From: Candidatus Omnitrophota bacterium
GTDB lineage: Bacteria; Omnitrophota; Gorgyraeia; Gorgyraeales; Gorgyraeaceae
Assembly (NCBI GenBank): GCA_030649895.1
Contig: JAUSEX010000052.1
Location: 16,988-80,987, forward strand
Direction of reading: 5' to 3'
DNA length: 64,000 bases
The number at the start of each line of letters is the position of its first letter. The first letter of the stretch is position 1. The translations under genes were made by a program, and so were the position numbers. Positions 27,192 through 37,067 of this stretch are shown here, one piece after another. The notes under the pieces were generated by a model. That model was not told the DNA's origin. It searched no databases and saw only the letters and a list, made by a program, of their open reading frames with translations.

Positions 27192-27359
27192 TTAATCCTC
27201 CCCTATCTCAATCTTTATGGTAGAAATCCCGCTCGCAGGAAATTTCTTCGTCACCTGATTATTCACAGTATACTCCCATGTATCATAATCAAATGAAACC
27301 TTATAACACCTTTCCACCTCGACATCATTAAACTTTACTATCCATCCGCCCTTTGACAT
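27192..27359 (-). CDS. 55-aa hypothetical protein (not in ORF track)
   Basis: RBS AAGGAGG; MSKGGWIVKFNDVEVERCYKVSFDY...; its stop is adjacent to the PLD RBS and start. Confidence 0.6.
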   Translation of the reverse strand: MSKGGWIVKFNDVEVERCYKVSFDYDTWEYTVNNQVTKKFPASGISTIKIEIGED

Positions 27360-27423
27360 GAAAGGCCTCCTTTTTTACGCTATGCGATATGCTTGTGTAT
27401 GCGTCCCGCACATCCAGTACATA

Positions 27424-28392
27424 TTAATCTTTCCTTGTGGCAATCATAATAATATTCGGCGCGAAATAACCTATATTTCCAAATCTTAAAACTCTTTCAA
27501 CCTTTGAAATCCAATAAAATAAAACTCTCAAAATATAATTTTTCCAATCTAAGAACCACGGACTTGGATATACGTAATAATGGCCCACATATTTATGCCA
27601 TACTGGTATTTGAATAGGTTTTGCTATCATAGTCTTCATTACCTTAAACCCAGATTCTCTAAGCATGCTGGTCAACGTAGCTTGAGTAAAATGAGTAACA
27701 TGCTCATAAGAATCAAATATATCATAATTTTTTACTTTTCCTACTATCTTTGCCAGCCATAATTTAAGCATATTATATTTTCCATTTGGAACTTTTATAA
27801 ATAGAATACCATCTTTTTTAAGAACTTTCTTTATATCTTCCAGCATCTTTTTCGGATTCGGAATATGCTCAAACACGTCGGTCATAGTAACCACATCGAA
27901 ATATTCTTTCTCAAATCCCGCGTTGTCGAGGTATGCTGTTTTTATATTTAATCCAAAATATTTTCTTGCCATATCAGACAAAACAGGAGACGGTTCCACG
28001 CCAATTACATTCCATTTTCTGCCTCTAGTATGCCTCAAAAAAGAACCCATGTTTGTACCAATATCTAAAAAATTTCCAGCAGATTTCATCTTTTCTATCA
28101 TTTTTAAATCTTTTAAATAATTTGGATCTCTATGATGTCTTGCCGCGCCATTGAATATCAGTCTGGCCTCTTCAAAATATTTCTTTTCATCTCCCCAGTA
28201 ATTCTTTTCCGGCTCCTTTACCATAGGATTTATATAAATAAGCCTACAATTATTACATCTCACAATGCCAATAGAACCCCTTTCCTTGTAAATCTCTAAA
28301 TAATCGCTAGTATCGCATAAAGGGCAGTTTCTCTTTACGACTTCATCCTCATTGTAATGGGCTTTTTGAGTTCCGCCTCTTTCATAATCCAT
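27424..28392 (-). CDS. Class I SAM methyltransferase with N-terminal Zn-ribbon
   Basis: CPLC..CNNC, FLDIGTNMG, DVFEH. Confidence 0.85.
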   Translation of the reverse strand: MDYERGGTQKAHYNEDEVVKRNCPLCDTSDYLEIYKERGSIGIVRCNNCRLIYINPMVKEPEKNYWGDEKKYFEEARLIFNGAARHHRDPNYLKDLKMIEKMKSAGNFLDIGTNMGSFLRHTRGRKWNVIGVEPSPVLSDMARKYFGLNIKTAYLDNAGFEKEYFDVVTMTDVFEHIPNPKKMLEDIKKVLKKDGILFIKVPNGKYNMLKLWLAKIVGKVKNYDIFDSYEHVTHFTQATLTSMLRESGFKVMKTMIAKPIQIPVWHKYVGHYYVYPSPWFLDWKNYILRVLFYWISKVERVLRFGNIGYFAPNIIMIATRKD

Positions 28393-28395
28393 AAG

Positions 28396-29247
28396 TTACC
28401 TCTCAATATTTGAAAACAGCACTTCTTTTACAGGCGCAAACTTAAAATCTTCTAAAAGCTGTTTTAATTTCTTAAGATTATTATTTATCCCTACATATAT
28501 CCTGAATTTATTTATCGGATCTATCTTTATCTTAGGCTGATTTGTGTCAAATTCAGGAGGGTGCAAATATACCATCGCAGGATAGCCATCCTGATTCAGT
28601 TTGTTAATACACAAGCGAGTAAAGCTATATGGGTAAAGCCTGAAATATCCTCCGCCGGCTACCGGGATATTTATTTTCAGAAATTTATAAGTAGCTAATG
28701 GAAATTCTAAAAGCCTTTGGCCTTTTTCCTGGCGCAGGACATATGGAAATCTCGGGCTTCCTATCATTCCATATTTATCGTGCATTACAGGATATATCGA
28801 AGAATCATACATAATCCCGTTTCTCAATAAAACATCTATTACCCACTGGGAATCAGGTGTTATTGAAAAACAGGCAGCCCTGTGGCCTAATACAGATTGG
28901 CCAGTGATGTTCTTAAGCGTATTTATAGACTTCTTGAGCTCGGCTTCAAACTCATCCGGAGATTGTTGATAAGCGCGCATATGCGACCATCCATGCGTCG
29001 CTATCTCATGGCCCTTTTCCGCTATCCTCTTTACCATGTCAGGATGCCTTTGTGCAACCCATCCCAGGATAAAAAATGTAGCAAGAGTCTTTTTGGTTTC
29101 AAGAAGACTAAGTATGGGTTCTATATTCCTTTCAATCCTAGATTCGTACCCGTCCCATTCGGAACGTTTAACATACTTTTCCATATTGGTGTTATGAAAC
29201 CACTCCTCTACATCAAAACTTAGCGCATTTATAATTTTATTTTTCAT
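28396..29247 (-). CDS. Polysaccharide deacetylase (DUF3473 type)
   Basis: SFDVEEWF, ATFFILG, HEIATHG, GGGYFRL. Confidence 0.9.
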   Translation of the reverse strand: MKNKIINALSFDVEEWFHNTNMEKYVKRSEWDGYESRIERNIEPILSLLETKKTLATFFILGWVAQRHPDMVKRIAEKGHEIATHGWSHMRAYQQSPDEFEAELKKSINTLKNITGQSVLGHRAACFSITPDSQWVIDVLLRNGIMYDSSIYPVMHDKYGMIGSPRFPYVLRQEKGQRLLEFPLATYKFLKINIPVAGGGYFRLYPYSFTRLCINKLNQDGYPAMVYLHPPEFDTNQPKIKIDPINKFRIYVGINNNLKKLKQLLEDFKFAPVKEVLFSNIER

Positions 29248-29253
29248 TTTAAT

Positions 29254-30354
29254 TTAAAAGGTATCCCAGTCGCCAAAGCTAAGAAACCAGTTTTTGCCAT
29301 TAAGAAATACCGTTTTATCAGCAACGTCCTGATTGGCCCTGCCGACTAAAATAAGTTTTCTGGGATTCAGTCTTTCAGGCGCCTTTACAAAACCTGTATT
29401 TTTTAATGAGCTATAATATTTATTATTTTTAAGGCATCCGGTAATGCACAAATCTACGCCATCTTTTTTGAAATTATCAATGGCCTTTGTAACTAGTGCT
29501 TCGATAATATTATCTTTTCCAGGTAATACAAAATAATCCATGATAATTCCTATTTTCAGAGAAAACACATCAGCTGTCCTTGTTACTATATAACCTGCCA
29601 ACTCTCCGTTCTTTAAAGCGCCAAAAACATGATATCTCTGATTCGGCCTTAACATAAACCTCCAGTTTAAAAACGCGCTATCCCTTGGTACCATTACCTT
29701 CGCCTGAGCCATAGCCTTTTTCCATAAAAAATCAAATTCCGGGCCAAAAGAATTCTTTGTTTCTATCTTTACGCTATTGGATTTTCTCTGCATACCAAAA
29801 TGGTAGAACCACATATAATACAAAGGACTTAAAATAAAATAAAACAACAATGCCAGCAAAGGATTTTTAACAATCTTTTTTATCGTATTTTTTATATTCA
29901 CTGGCCTTACTAACAAAGAAATTGTCGCAATAGACGAAAATCCCAATTTATTAATAAAACCTGGCCTGGATTTGTCATTAGGAAATGCGAAAGAAAATGT
30001 AATGCCCTGTTTTTTAAGTTCCTCTATAGAAACCCTGCCTAAGTTCTTAAATATGCCTCTATTTCTATAGTCAGCATGGGTTGTAAGGTGAAGCACAATG
30101 CCTGTCTTATAGATATTCTCGTTTACCTTAAGCCGCTCTAAAACATTTGGAAAATGCCCTATTACTTTTTCCTTATCTTCAGCTATAAAATTAACAGAAC
30201 CTCCTCCTGTATTATCGCGATATAACCAGTTCCAGAAATCCGAAGTATAGATATCTTGCGACGCTGTCCAGTAGCCGCTAAAACTCTCCTTCAAGAGCTG
30301 AAGTATCTTATCCCTGTCTTCTTCTATGCCGGCTTTCTTTATATCCCAGCCCAT
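29254..30354 (-). CDS. GNAT-family acetyltransferase
   Basis: THADYRNRGIF, AFPND, FLNWRF. Confidence 0.8.
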   Translation of the reverse strand: MGWDIKKAGIEEDRDKILQLLKESFSGYWTASQDIYTSDFWNWLYRDNTGGGSVNFIAEDKEKVIGHFPNVLERLKVNENIYKTGIVLHLTTHADYRNRGIFKNLGRVSIEELKKQGITFSFAFPNDKSRPGFINKLGFSSIATISLLVRPVNIKNTIKKIVKNPLLALLFYFILSPLYYMWFYHFGMQRKSNSVKIETKNSFGPEFDFLWKKAMAQAKVMVPRDSAFLNWRFMLRPNQRYHVFGALKNGELAGYIVTRTADVFSLKIGIIMDYFVLPGKDNIIEALVTKAIDNFKKDGVDLCITGCLKNNKYYSSLKNTGFVKAPERLNPRKLILVGRANQDVADKTVFLNGKNWFLSFGDWDTF

Positions 30355-30364
30355 AACATCCTCT

Positions 30365-30524
30365 CTATGCTATAACCCAACTCCAATCCCTCGCCCCTTA
30401 TCTCTATATGCCTCATCATTATCCAGTCTCCCTTGTGCGTTAATGCGCCTCACATCTTGCGCATATCGAGCTTTCTCATCCATATTACCGTTCAAACTAA
30501 TCTTCCCCCAGATATGCCACACAT
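30365..30524 (-). pseudogene. Decayed asnB N-terminus
   Basis: ATGTGTGGCATA (MCGI)..KISLNGN..RKM*GALTH..DN..VGL*HR, with frameshifts. Confidence 0.7.
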
Positions 30525-30549
30525 CTCTAATCCTATAAAATATTATACT

Positions 30550-31323
30550 TTACCTGATTCCGTAATAAATTCTATACCAAATATATTCAAATAATGTAGG
30601 ATGACTCCATAATTTGGACAAGCCTTCAGGATATGGTTTAACATCGATCTGATTTTTTAATATATCATTTATTGCCTTTTTTAGTAACTCTATTCCCTCT
30701 GCCAGTTGAAGATATGGGTATGTGACAAAATTATCCTCATTAGAAAGAGAGATTGTTCCCTGTTCAAGTATATCGCCGGTATCAATGCCCGCATCGACAA
30801 AATGCACTGTAACCCCGCAATCTTTTTTATTACTTTCAATCAACGCCCAGTAAGCTCCATGCACGCCCCTGTACAAAGGAGTAATCCCGGCATGCAAATT
30901 GATAAACTTGGCAGGGATGCTTATCAATATCCTGTCCAAGATGATCCTGGTCCCGTTAATCACAACCACGGCAGGATTTATCTTTTGCAGGATAGCCTTT
31001 GTCTCATCAGAATTCGCGGACGCTACCCTGATTACCCTGGCGCTATCGATAGGAGAGTTTTCCATACCTGATTCCTGTTTCAATCGCATAATGCGTTTTC
31101 GTGAAACTAACCTGAGGTACGGAACCGCTATCAGCTGAAAAAGCGCCTGGCCGAATACCTTAAAGAAACCAATCTTTTTAATCCTATTTTTTAAAAATAA
31201 TACTTTTGATATGCGGCGCTCTATTATGACTTTTTCTATCTTAAAACTGCTTTTCAGGGCATTATAGATAATATTTGTGGATTCTCCGTCCCCTGCCAGT
31301 ATAACAACAGTTTTATCTTCCAT
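30550..31323 (-). CDS. Formyltransferase-domain protein
   Basis: INLHAGITPLYRG, TVHFVDAGIDTG. Confidence 0.85.
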   Translation of the reverse strand: MEDKTVVILAGDGESTNIIYNALKSSFKIEKVIIERRISKVLFLKNRIKKIGFFKVFGQALFQLIAVPYLRLVSRKRIMRLKQESGMENSPIDSARVIRVASANSDETKAILQKINPAVVVINGTRIILDRILISIPAKFINLHAGITPLYRGVHGAYWALIESNKKDCGVTVHFVDAGIDTGDILEQGTISLSNEDNFVTYPYLQLAEGIELLKKAINDILKNQIDVKPYPEGLSKLWSHPTLFEYIWYRIYYGIR

Positions 31324-32314
31324 GATTTATTTCCCTGATTACCTTATCCGAGAGCTCTCTCATATTAAGGCTCTCTATCCCATAAAGCTTTTTCATCTTC
31401 AGATAGTGGTCCAGTATCTTCTTCAGGAACATGATATTTTTATCCATATTGATTCCAAAATTATGAGGATGCCACCAGAGATGATAAACTTCCCCTCTTT
31501 TGGCCGCATGTGCAATGCCAGATAAGATGCGCTTTAAACGCAATGGTTCCAGTATTTTCAATGAATCGGAATAAGGCCGGAGAAACCTACTCGAGGGTAT
31601 ATTGCATGGAAATTCAGAAACGACCCTATCTACAGGATAACAATTATGCCCGGAGATGTTAATATAGGCATCCATCAACCTCAGCGCCTTTCTGAATAAC
31701 GGCTTATTTTCCTCGTTTTTTGCCTCATAAATCCAAAAGGCCTCATTGCCCCTGTAAGCCCTTATGCCCATCTCTCTGCATATCGATATATAATCCCTGT
31801 TAAACTGATTTCTAGGGAAAACCAGGCTCGTAATATTCAGGTTATATTTCTTCGCGGCCCTTACCGCGGCATCCAAATCATCCCTGAACGTATCGATATC
31901 CTGGCCTTTCTCCAAGCAATAATAATGCGAAAACGTATGACTCCCTATTTCCTGAGACGGGGCATGAGAAGCTATCATCTTTATCAAAGAAGGCGCGTAA
32001 TGAAACGGGTCTTCTTTTTCATCAGCGCCGATACTATCGATATGGCTGTAAGGAGAAAGTCCCGCGTTAAGATAACCCGGCTTCCGGCTTGGCAAACCCT
32101 TGATTAATTCATCGCGTGTCTCGAAAAATAAAAAACCTACAACCGCCCATGTCGCGTGAATGCCATATTCCTCAAATAATCTTAAAAGCGCGGGCACAAC
32201 AGAACGCACCCCTAAGATATTTTCTTTATAACTTCCCAGCGTCCTTTTATCGCGCACGCCCCAGTAAAGCTCAAAATCCAGGGAAACGACAAAAACACCT
32301 TTTTGTTTTATCAT
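31313..32314 (-). CDS. Polysaccharide deacetylase
   Basis: SLDFELYWG, ATWAVVG, EIGSHTFSH, HLWWHPHNFG. Confidence 0.88.
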   Translation of the reverse strand: MIKQKGVFVVSLDFELYWGVRDKRTLGSYKENILGVRSVVPALLRLFEEYGIHATWAVVGFLFFETRDELIKGLPSRKPGYLNAGLSPYSHIDSIGADEKEDPFHYAPSLIKMIASHAPSQEIGSHTFSHYYCLEKGQDIDTFRDDLDAAVRAAKKYNLNITSLVFPRNQFNRDYISICREMGIRAYRGNEAFWIYEAKNEENKPLFRKALRLMDAYINISGHNCYPVDRVVSEFPCNIPSSRFLRPYSDSLKILEPLRLKRILSGIAHAAKRGEVYHLWWHPHNFGINMDKNIMFLKKILDHYLKMKKLYGIESLNMRELSDKVIREINHGR

Positions 32315-32348
32315 ATATGATTTTGTTAGATTATGCTTTTGGGATTTA

Positions 32349-33044
32349 TTAAAAAAATTTGACCTTAAAAATAGCTATGAGCGCGGGAATAATATCCATG
32401 GCTTTTACCTTCTTCCCTTCCCTGGCGCTTCTGGCCTTATAGCATACAGGCACCTCTTTGATGCTAAACCTCTTCTTACACAGCTTGCTCACTACCTCAA
32501 AATCGAACGCTATTCCGGTGGATTCTATGTCTATTTTCCTGAAACTTGATGCCCTATACAGCCTGGTGCCTATAATATCCGTAAACCTTCTTCCATAAAA
32601 AAGATTTATTAAAAAAGTGGTGGCAAGCGTGCCCAGATAATAAGGCCTTTCTTTTACAAGCCTGCATACCGATATCAGATTTTTTTTAATACCATAAAGC
32701 CTTGAACCAAACACGGCATCCAGATTATCTTTTTCTGCCAAATTCAGCATCTCATGCACCGATCCTATATCATATTCAAGATCAGAATACTGCACATAGG
32801 CAAATTCCCCTTTAGCAAGCGATATGCCTGTCTTAACAGACCTGCCATATCCATAATTCTGCGGTTGAAACACAATCTTGATAGAATTGTCATTTAAAGC
32901 CTTTAGTATCTCCCTGCTGCCATCCGTAGAACAGTTATCAATAACAATTATCTCTTTTTCTATATTTAAATTCTTCGCCTCTTCTATAGCCTTCAGAATA
33001 GTGACTTTCTCATTAAAACAGGTAACAATAATAGTTAATTTCAT
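32349..33044 (-). CDS. Glycosyltransferase family 2
   Basis: CFNE, IDNCSTDGS, SDLEYD. Confidence 0.88.
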   Translation of the reverse strand: MKLTIIVTCFNEKVTILKAIEEAKNLNIEKEIIVIDNCSTDGSREILKALNDNSIKIVFQPQNYGYGRSVKTGISLAKGEFAYVQYSDLEYDIGSVHEMLNLAEKDNLDAVFGSRLYGIKKNLISVCRLVKERPYYLGTLATTFLINLFYGRRFTDIIGTRLYRASSFRKIDIESTGIAFDFEVVSKLCKKRFSIKEVPVCYKARSAREGKKVKAMDIIPALIAIFKVKFF

Positions 33045-34354
33045 ATTTTATTTTTGAAAAAAGTATTAACAGTTTTTTCTATGTAATCTAACATTGGCTT
33101 CGTAAGTCCGGGATAAACCCCTATCCAGAAAAGATTGTTCATAACTAAATCTGTATTTTTTAAACCTCCGGATATCCTGTATTTTGCATTTTTATATGCC
33201 GGCTGTTTTGTTAAATTTCCGCCAAATAACATTCTTGTGGCAATCTTATTCTCTTCCAGATAATTTACAATATCCGCTCTATTAAACGGCGCTGTATTTT
33301 TTACAAGAACAGGGAATCCAAACCAGCTTGGCTCAGAATACTTCTCTGCCTTTGGAAGCATAAAATATTTCTCATATTTTTTAAAAACCGAATGAAGAAA
33401 TTTAAAGTTTTTCTTCCTCGCTTCAATAAACCCGGATAATTTTTCTAACTGAGCAACCCCTACAGCCGCCTGCATATCAGTGACTTTAAGATTATATCCT
33501 ATATGAGAATAGACGTATTTATGATCATAACCTAAAGGCAAATCTCCAAATTTCTGAGAAAATCTCTTTCCACAAGTATTATCTCTTCCCGTCTCGCAGT
33601 AGCATTCTCTTCCCCAGTCACGAAAAGATATTATTATCTTTCGCAGCAAAGGATCATTTGTTAAAACAGCTCCGCCCTCTCCCATAGTTATCATGTGAGG
33701 AGGATAAAAACTTGAAGTAGAGATATCTCCGAATGTTCCGGTATATTGTCCTTTATATTTCGAACCCAATGAATCGCAATTATCTTCTAACCACAGTAAA
33801 TTATATTTCTTAACGATCTTCCTTACACTATCTATGTCTACAGGATTCCCAAGCGTATGAGCTGTAAAAATTGCTTTTGTTTTTCTTGTAATGGCTTTTT
33901 CTATTTTCTCTGCCTGAATGTTATACGTTCCAAGCTCCACATCAATAAACACAGGCACAAGACTATTTTGCAATATAGGATTTAAAGTAGTAGGAAAACC
34001 ACAAGCAGTAGTAATAACTTCGTCTCCGGGCTTTAATTGTCTTTTTTTTAATAAAGGTGATGTCAAAGCCGTCACTGCCAGAAGATTTGCGGACGAACCT
34101 GAATTAGTAAGCAAGCAATGTTTTATTCCTAAAAACCCTGCCAAATTTCTTTCGAATTTCTCGGCATACTTTCCTGCTGTCAGCCAGAAATCAAGAGATG
34201 CGTCTATCAGATTTACGATTTCTTTTTCGTCATATACACGTCCAGCATAGCTAATCCTTGATTTGCCCGGTATAAACTTCTCATGTTTCTTTGATCTATA
34301 GAATCTTACAACTTTATTTAATATATCTTTTCTTATAAGTTTCTCTGTATTCAT
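33041..34354 (-). CDS. rfbH: CDP-4-keto-6-deoxyglucose 3-dehydrase (E1/DdhC)
   Basis: SFYPPHMITMGEGG (His in place of PLP Lys), CYC..DNTC Fe-S motif, YDHKY. Confidence 0.9.
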   Translation of the reverse strand: MNTEKLIRKDILNKVVRFYRSKKHEKFIPGKSRISYAGRVYDEKEIVNLIDASLDFWLTAGKYAEKFERNLAGFLGIKHCLLTNSGSSANLLAVTALTSPLLKKRQLKPGDEVITTACGFPTTLNPILQNSLVPVFIDVELGTYNIQAEKIEKAITRKTKAIFTAHTLGNPVDIDSVRKIVKKYNLLWLEDNCDSLGSKYKGQYTGTFGDISTSSFYPPHMITMGEGGAVLTNDPLLRKIIISFRDWGRECYCETGRDNTCGKRFSQKFGDLPLGYDHKYVYSHIGYNLKVTDMQAAVGVAQLEKLSGFIEARKKNFKFLHSVFKKYEKYFMLPKAEKYSEPSWFGFPVLVKNTAPFNRADIVNYLEENKIATRMLFGGNLTKQPAYKNAKYRISGGLKNTDLVMNNLFWIGVYPGLTKPMLDYIEKTVNTFFKNKI

Positions 34355-36120
34355 TTTTTATCCTCTGGCAAGATGTCTATAAACATATTTGACTTAAGTT
34401 CTTCACGCGATAAATAAGGCTCCTGGTCTTCTACAGGCCTATTGACAGATAATTTAGGAACAACTTTCATATTTGAACTTATATTTATTTCTAAAAATCC
34501 TGAACGCTTATTATTAAAAAGCTTCTTAAGCGTTCCATCGATTTTATTTGCCTGATTAATTTTCCAAACAGGTATCCTGTAAGCGGAAACTACGCTCTGA
34601 AAATCAGGGCAGCTATACCCGAGAACAGTTGATTGAAACCTGGAATTAAAATATTGTTCCTGAAACTGTTTAACCATCCCGTAACAACGATTATTCAATA
34701 ATATTATTTTAACCGGCAGTTTATAGTGATAAATCGTCTGAAGCTCTTGTATATTCAACTGGAATCCGCCGTCTCCGCTTATGGCTATAATAACCTTGCC
34801 AGGGTTAGCAAAGGAAGCGCCTATTGCCATAGCTAAGCTGGACCCCATTGCGCCTGCGCCTCCCTGGGTAAGAAATCTCTGGGTTTTCTTTATCTCCAAT
34901 GTTTGAGCGGCCCACATCTGATTCTGGCCCACATCCACACAAACTACACTAGACTTCGGCAAAAATTCTGACAGCCTGCTCATAAAAAAATTAGGTTCTA
35001 TCTTGCTGCCAGAGGAGACACTGTACGAAGGATATTTCTTTTTATACCCTTTGACTAATTTTCTCCAGGACTCTATTTTATTTCTATCATAACCACTTAT
35101 TTTCTTATTTATTAAAGTTAAAAAATAATTTATATCGCAATTTATAGGAATATCTGCTTTTCTCTTATTGTTTAATTCATGTTCGTCTATATCTACATGA
35201 ATAATTTTCGCTCCTCTTGCAAAAGTTTCTGGTTTCGTCCCTGTCTGCCTGGTATCTAACCTTGTGCCTAAAGCCAGCACTAGATCAGCGTTCGCTACTG
35301 TCAGATTAGCGTAACGATTCCCATAAGTGCCTATCATGCCTAAAAACGCATCGCTATCATGCGTAAAGCCGTCAATGCCCATTAAAGAAGAAACAACAGG
35401 TATTTCTGTATGCTTTATAAATTTTAAAAGCTCGCTTTGCGCATTTGACAACCTGAGACCTCCACCTATAAGGACAACAGGCCTTGATGAAAATTTTATT
35501 GAATTAATAACCTTTTTGATTATATTGCTATCTGTTTTCTTGTATAATTCATCAAAAGTATCTGCGCGAAAAGACTTTAACGATTTTGGTTTTATCTCGG
35601 CTCGCTGTATGTTCATAGGCATATCTAGCAATACAGGGCCTGGCCTGCCGGATTTAGCAATATAAAATGCCTTTTCAAGATAATATCTGATTTTATCCGG
35701 TTCAGTAATAAGCACAGCGTACTTTGTAATCGGTTTTACCAAATTCACAATATCTGTTTCCTGAAATCCTACCTGTCTTACAGGTTTCTTAAATTTGAAT
35801 TCATAAGTATTGACTTGTCCCGTTATAAATACGCAGGGAATAGAATCAAAAAAACAACTGGCAATACCTGTTATCAAATTGGTAGCCCCTGGCCCGCTAG
35901 TTGCCATTGCCACGCCTATATTGCCGCCAGAGCGCGAATAACCTTCTGCGGCAAACGCAGCTGCCTGCTCATGATGCATAGATATGGCCTGAATATCTCT
36001 TCTTTTATACAAAGAATCCAAAAGATGCGTAATAGAGCCCCCGCAAACCTCAAAGACATGAGTTACGTCTTTTGAAACAAGAAAATTAATTACATAGTCT
36101 GATAATTTCATAGCCGTCAT
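34351..36120 (-). CDS. ThDP-dependent acetolactate-synthase-like enzyme (YerE-like)
   Basis: HHEQAAAFAAEGY, TSGPGATN, GDGGFQLNIQE..NN; located within CDP-sugar genes. Confidence 0.85.
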   Translation of the reverse strand: MTAMKLSDYVINFLVSKDVTHVFEVCGGSITHLLDSLYKRRDIQAISMHHEQAAAFAAEGYSRSGGNIGVAMATSGPGATNLITGIASCFFDSIPCVFITGQVNTYEFKFKKPVRQVGFQETDIVNLVKPITKYAVLITEPDKIRYYLEKAFYIAKSGRPGPVLLDMPMNIQRAEIKPKSLKSFRADTFDELYKKTDSNIIKKVINSIKFSSRPVVLIGGGLRLSNAQSELLKFIKHTEIPVVSSLMGIDGFTHDSDAFLGMIGTYGNRYANLTVANADLVLALGTRLDTRQTGTKPETFARGAKIIHVDIDEHELNNKRKADIPINCDINYFLTLINKKISGYDRNKIESWRKLVKGYKKKYPSYSVSSGSKIEPNFFMSRLSEFLPKSSVVCVDVGQNQMWAAQTLEIKKTQRFLTQGGAGAMGSSLAMAIGASFANPGKVIIAISGDGGFQLNIQELQTIYHYKLPVKIILLNNRCYGMVKQFQEQYFNSRFQSTVLGYSCPDFQSVVSAYRIPVWKINQANKIDGTLKKLFNNKRSGFLEINISSNMKVVPKLSVNRPVEDQEPYLSREELKSNMFIDILPEDKK

Positions 36121-37067
36121 TATTTATACAACGCAATATTTTTCTTAAACCAGTTAATATCTTTTTCCAGCCCCTGCCTTAAGCTATGTTTCGGCTCCCA
36201 GTTCAATAATCTCTTGGCCTTGGATATATCTGCCTGCCAGCATAATGGTTCTATCCTGGGATTATCTGTCTTTCCCCATTCCGGCTTAACCTTGCCGCCT
36301 GTCAATTTGATTGCAATATCTACAACATCTTTTACCGTATGCTGTTTCCCCGAGCCTATATTAAATACTTCGCCTTTAACCTTATTTTTATTATCAATAA
36401 CCTTTTCATAAGCGCTGGTAACATCTTCTATAAAAATAAAATCCCTGACAGAATCGGACGACGACAGTTTTGGATTTGTAAATTTTAAGCATGACAATAT
36501 CAAAAAGGAAACCAACCGGCTTTTCTCTTCATAATATCCATAAGGAGAAAATAGCCTGAGAGTTACCATGGGTATGTGTTCTTTTTTAGCAGCCGCATGG
36601 CAATAAGAAAAAGCAGCAGCTTTAGTAACCCCATATTCATTAACCGGCTCCAATACATCTGTCTCTTTCATCGGCTTTGACTTTATGCCATATTCTGAAG
36701 ATGAACCGGTATTTATAAACAATTCTAATCCTACGCCTTTCGAGGCATTAACTAGATTTACTGTCCCTGCAAAATTTGCCTCTGTTATTTTCAGCGCATC
36801 ATTTTGAAAAGAATAACCGCCATATACAGCAGTATGTATTACAATCTGCGGCTTAATTTTTTTTATTATCTTTTTTAATCTGGCTGAATCCTTTAGATCA
36901 GCCGAGTATTCAGAAACATCTTTTAATATATCCCGAATTCTCCATTTATTAGACCCTGCCCGCGTAAATATGGATATCCTGGAGCCTTTTTTTAAAAAAT
37001 GTCTTGTCAGATTCGCGCCTATAAAACCAGTCGCGCCTGTAATTAATATCTTTTTATTTTTTAACAT
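36120..37067 (-). CDS. NAD-dependent epimerase/reductase
   Basis: GATGFIG, GSSSEYG, YGVTK. Confidence 0.88.
   Translation of the reverse strand: MLKNKKILITGATGFIGANLTRHFLKKGSRISIFTRAGSNKWRIRDILKDVSEYSADLKDSARLKKIIKKIKPQIVIHTAVYGGYSFQNDALKITEANFAGTVNLVNASKGVGLELFINTGSSSEYGIKSKPMKETDVLEPVNEYGVTKAAAFSYCHAAAKKEHIPMVTLRLFSPYGYYEEKSRLVSFLILSCLKFTNPKLSSSDSVRDFIFIEDVTSAYEKVIDNKNKVKGEVFNIGSGKQHTVKDVVDIAIKLTGGKVKPEWGKTDNPRIEPLCWQADISKAKRLLNWEPKHSLRQGLEKDINWFKKNIALYK

Noticed and set aside
2259-27359. Classical integron with attC sites
   Set aside because: No intI, and no consistent RYYYAAC...GTTRRRY palindromic sites after the genes; cargo genes have their own promoters.
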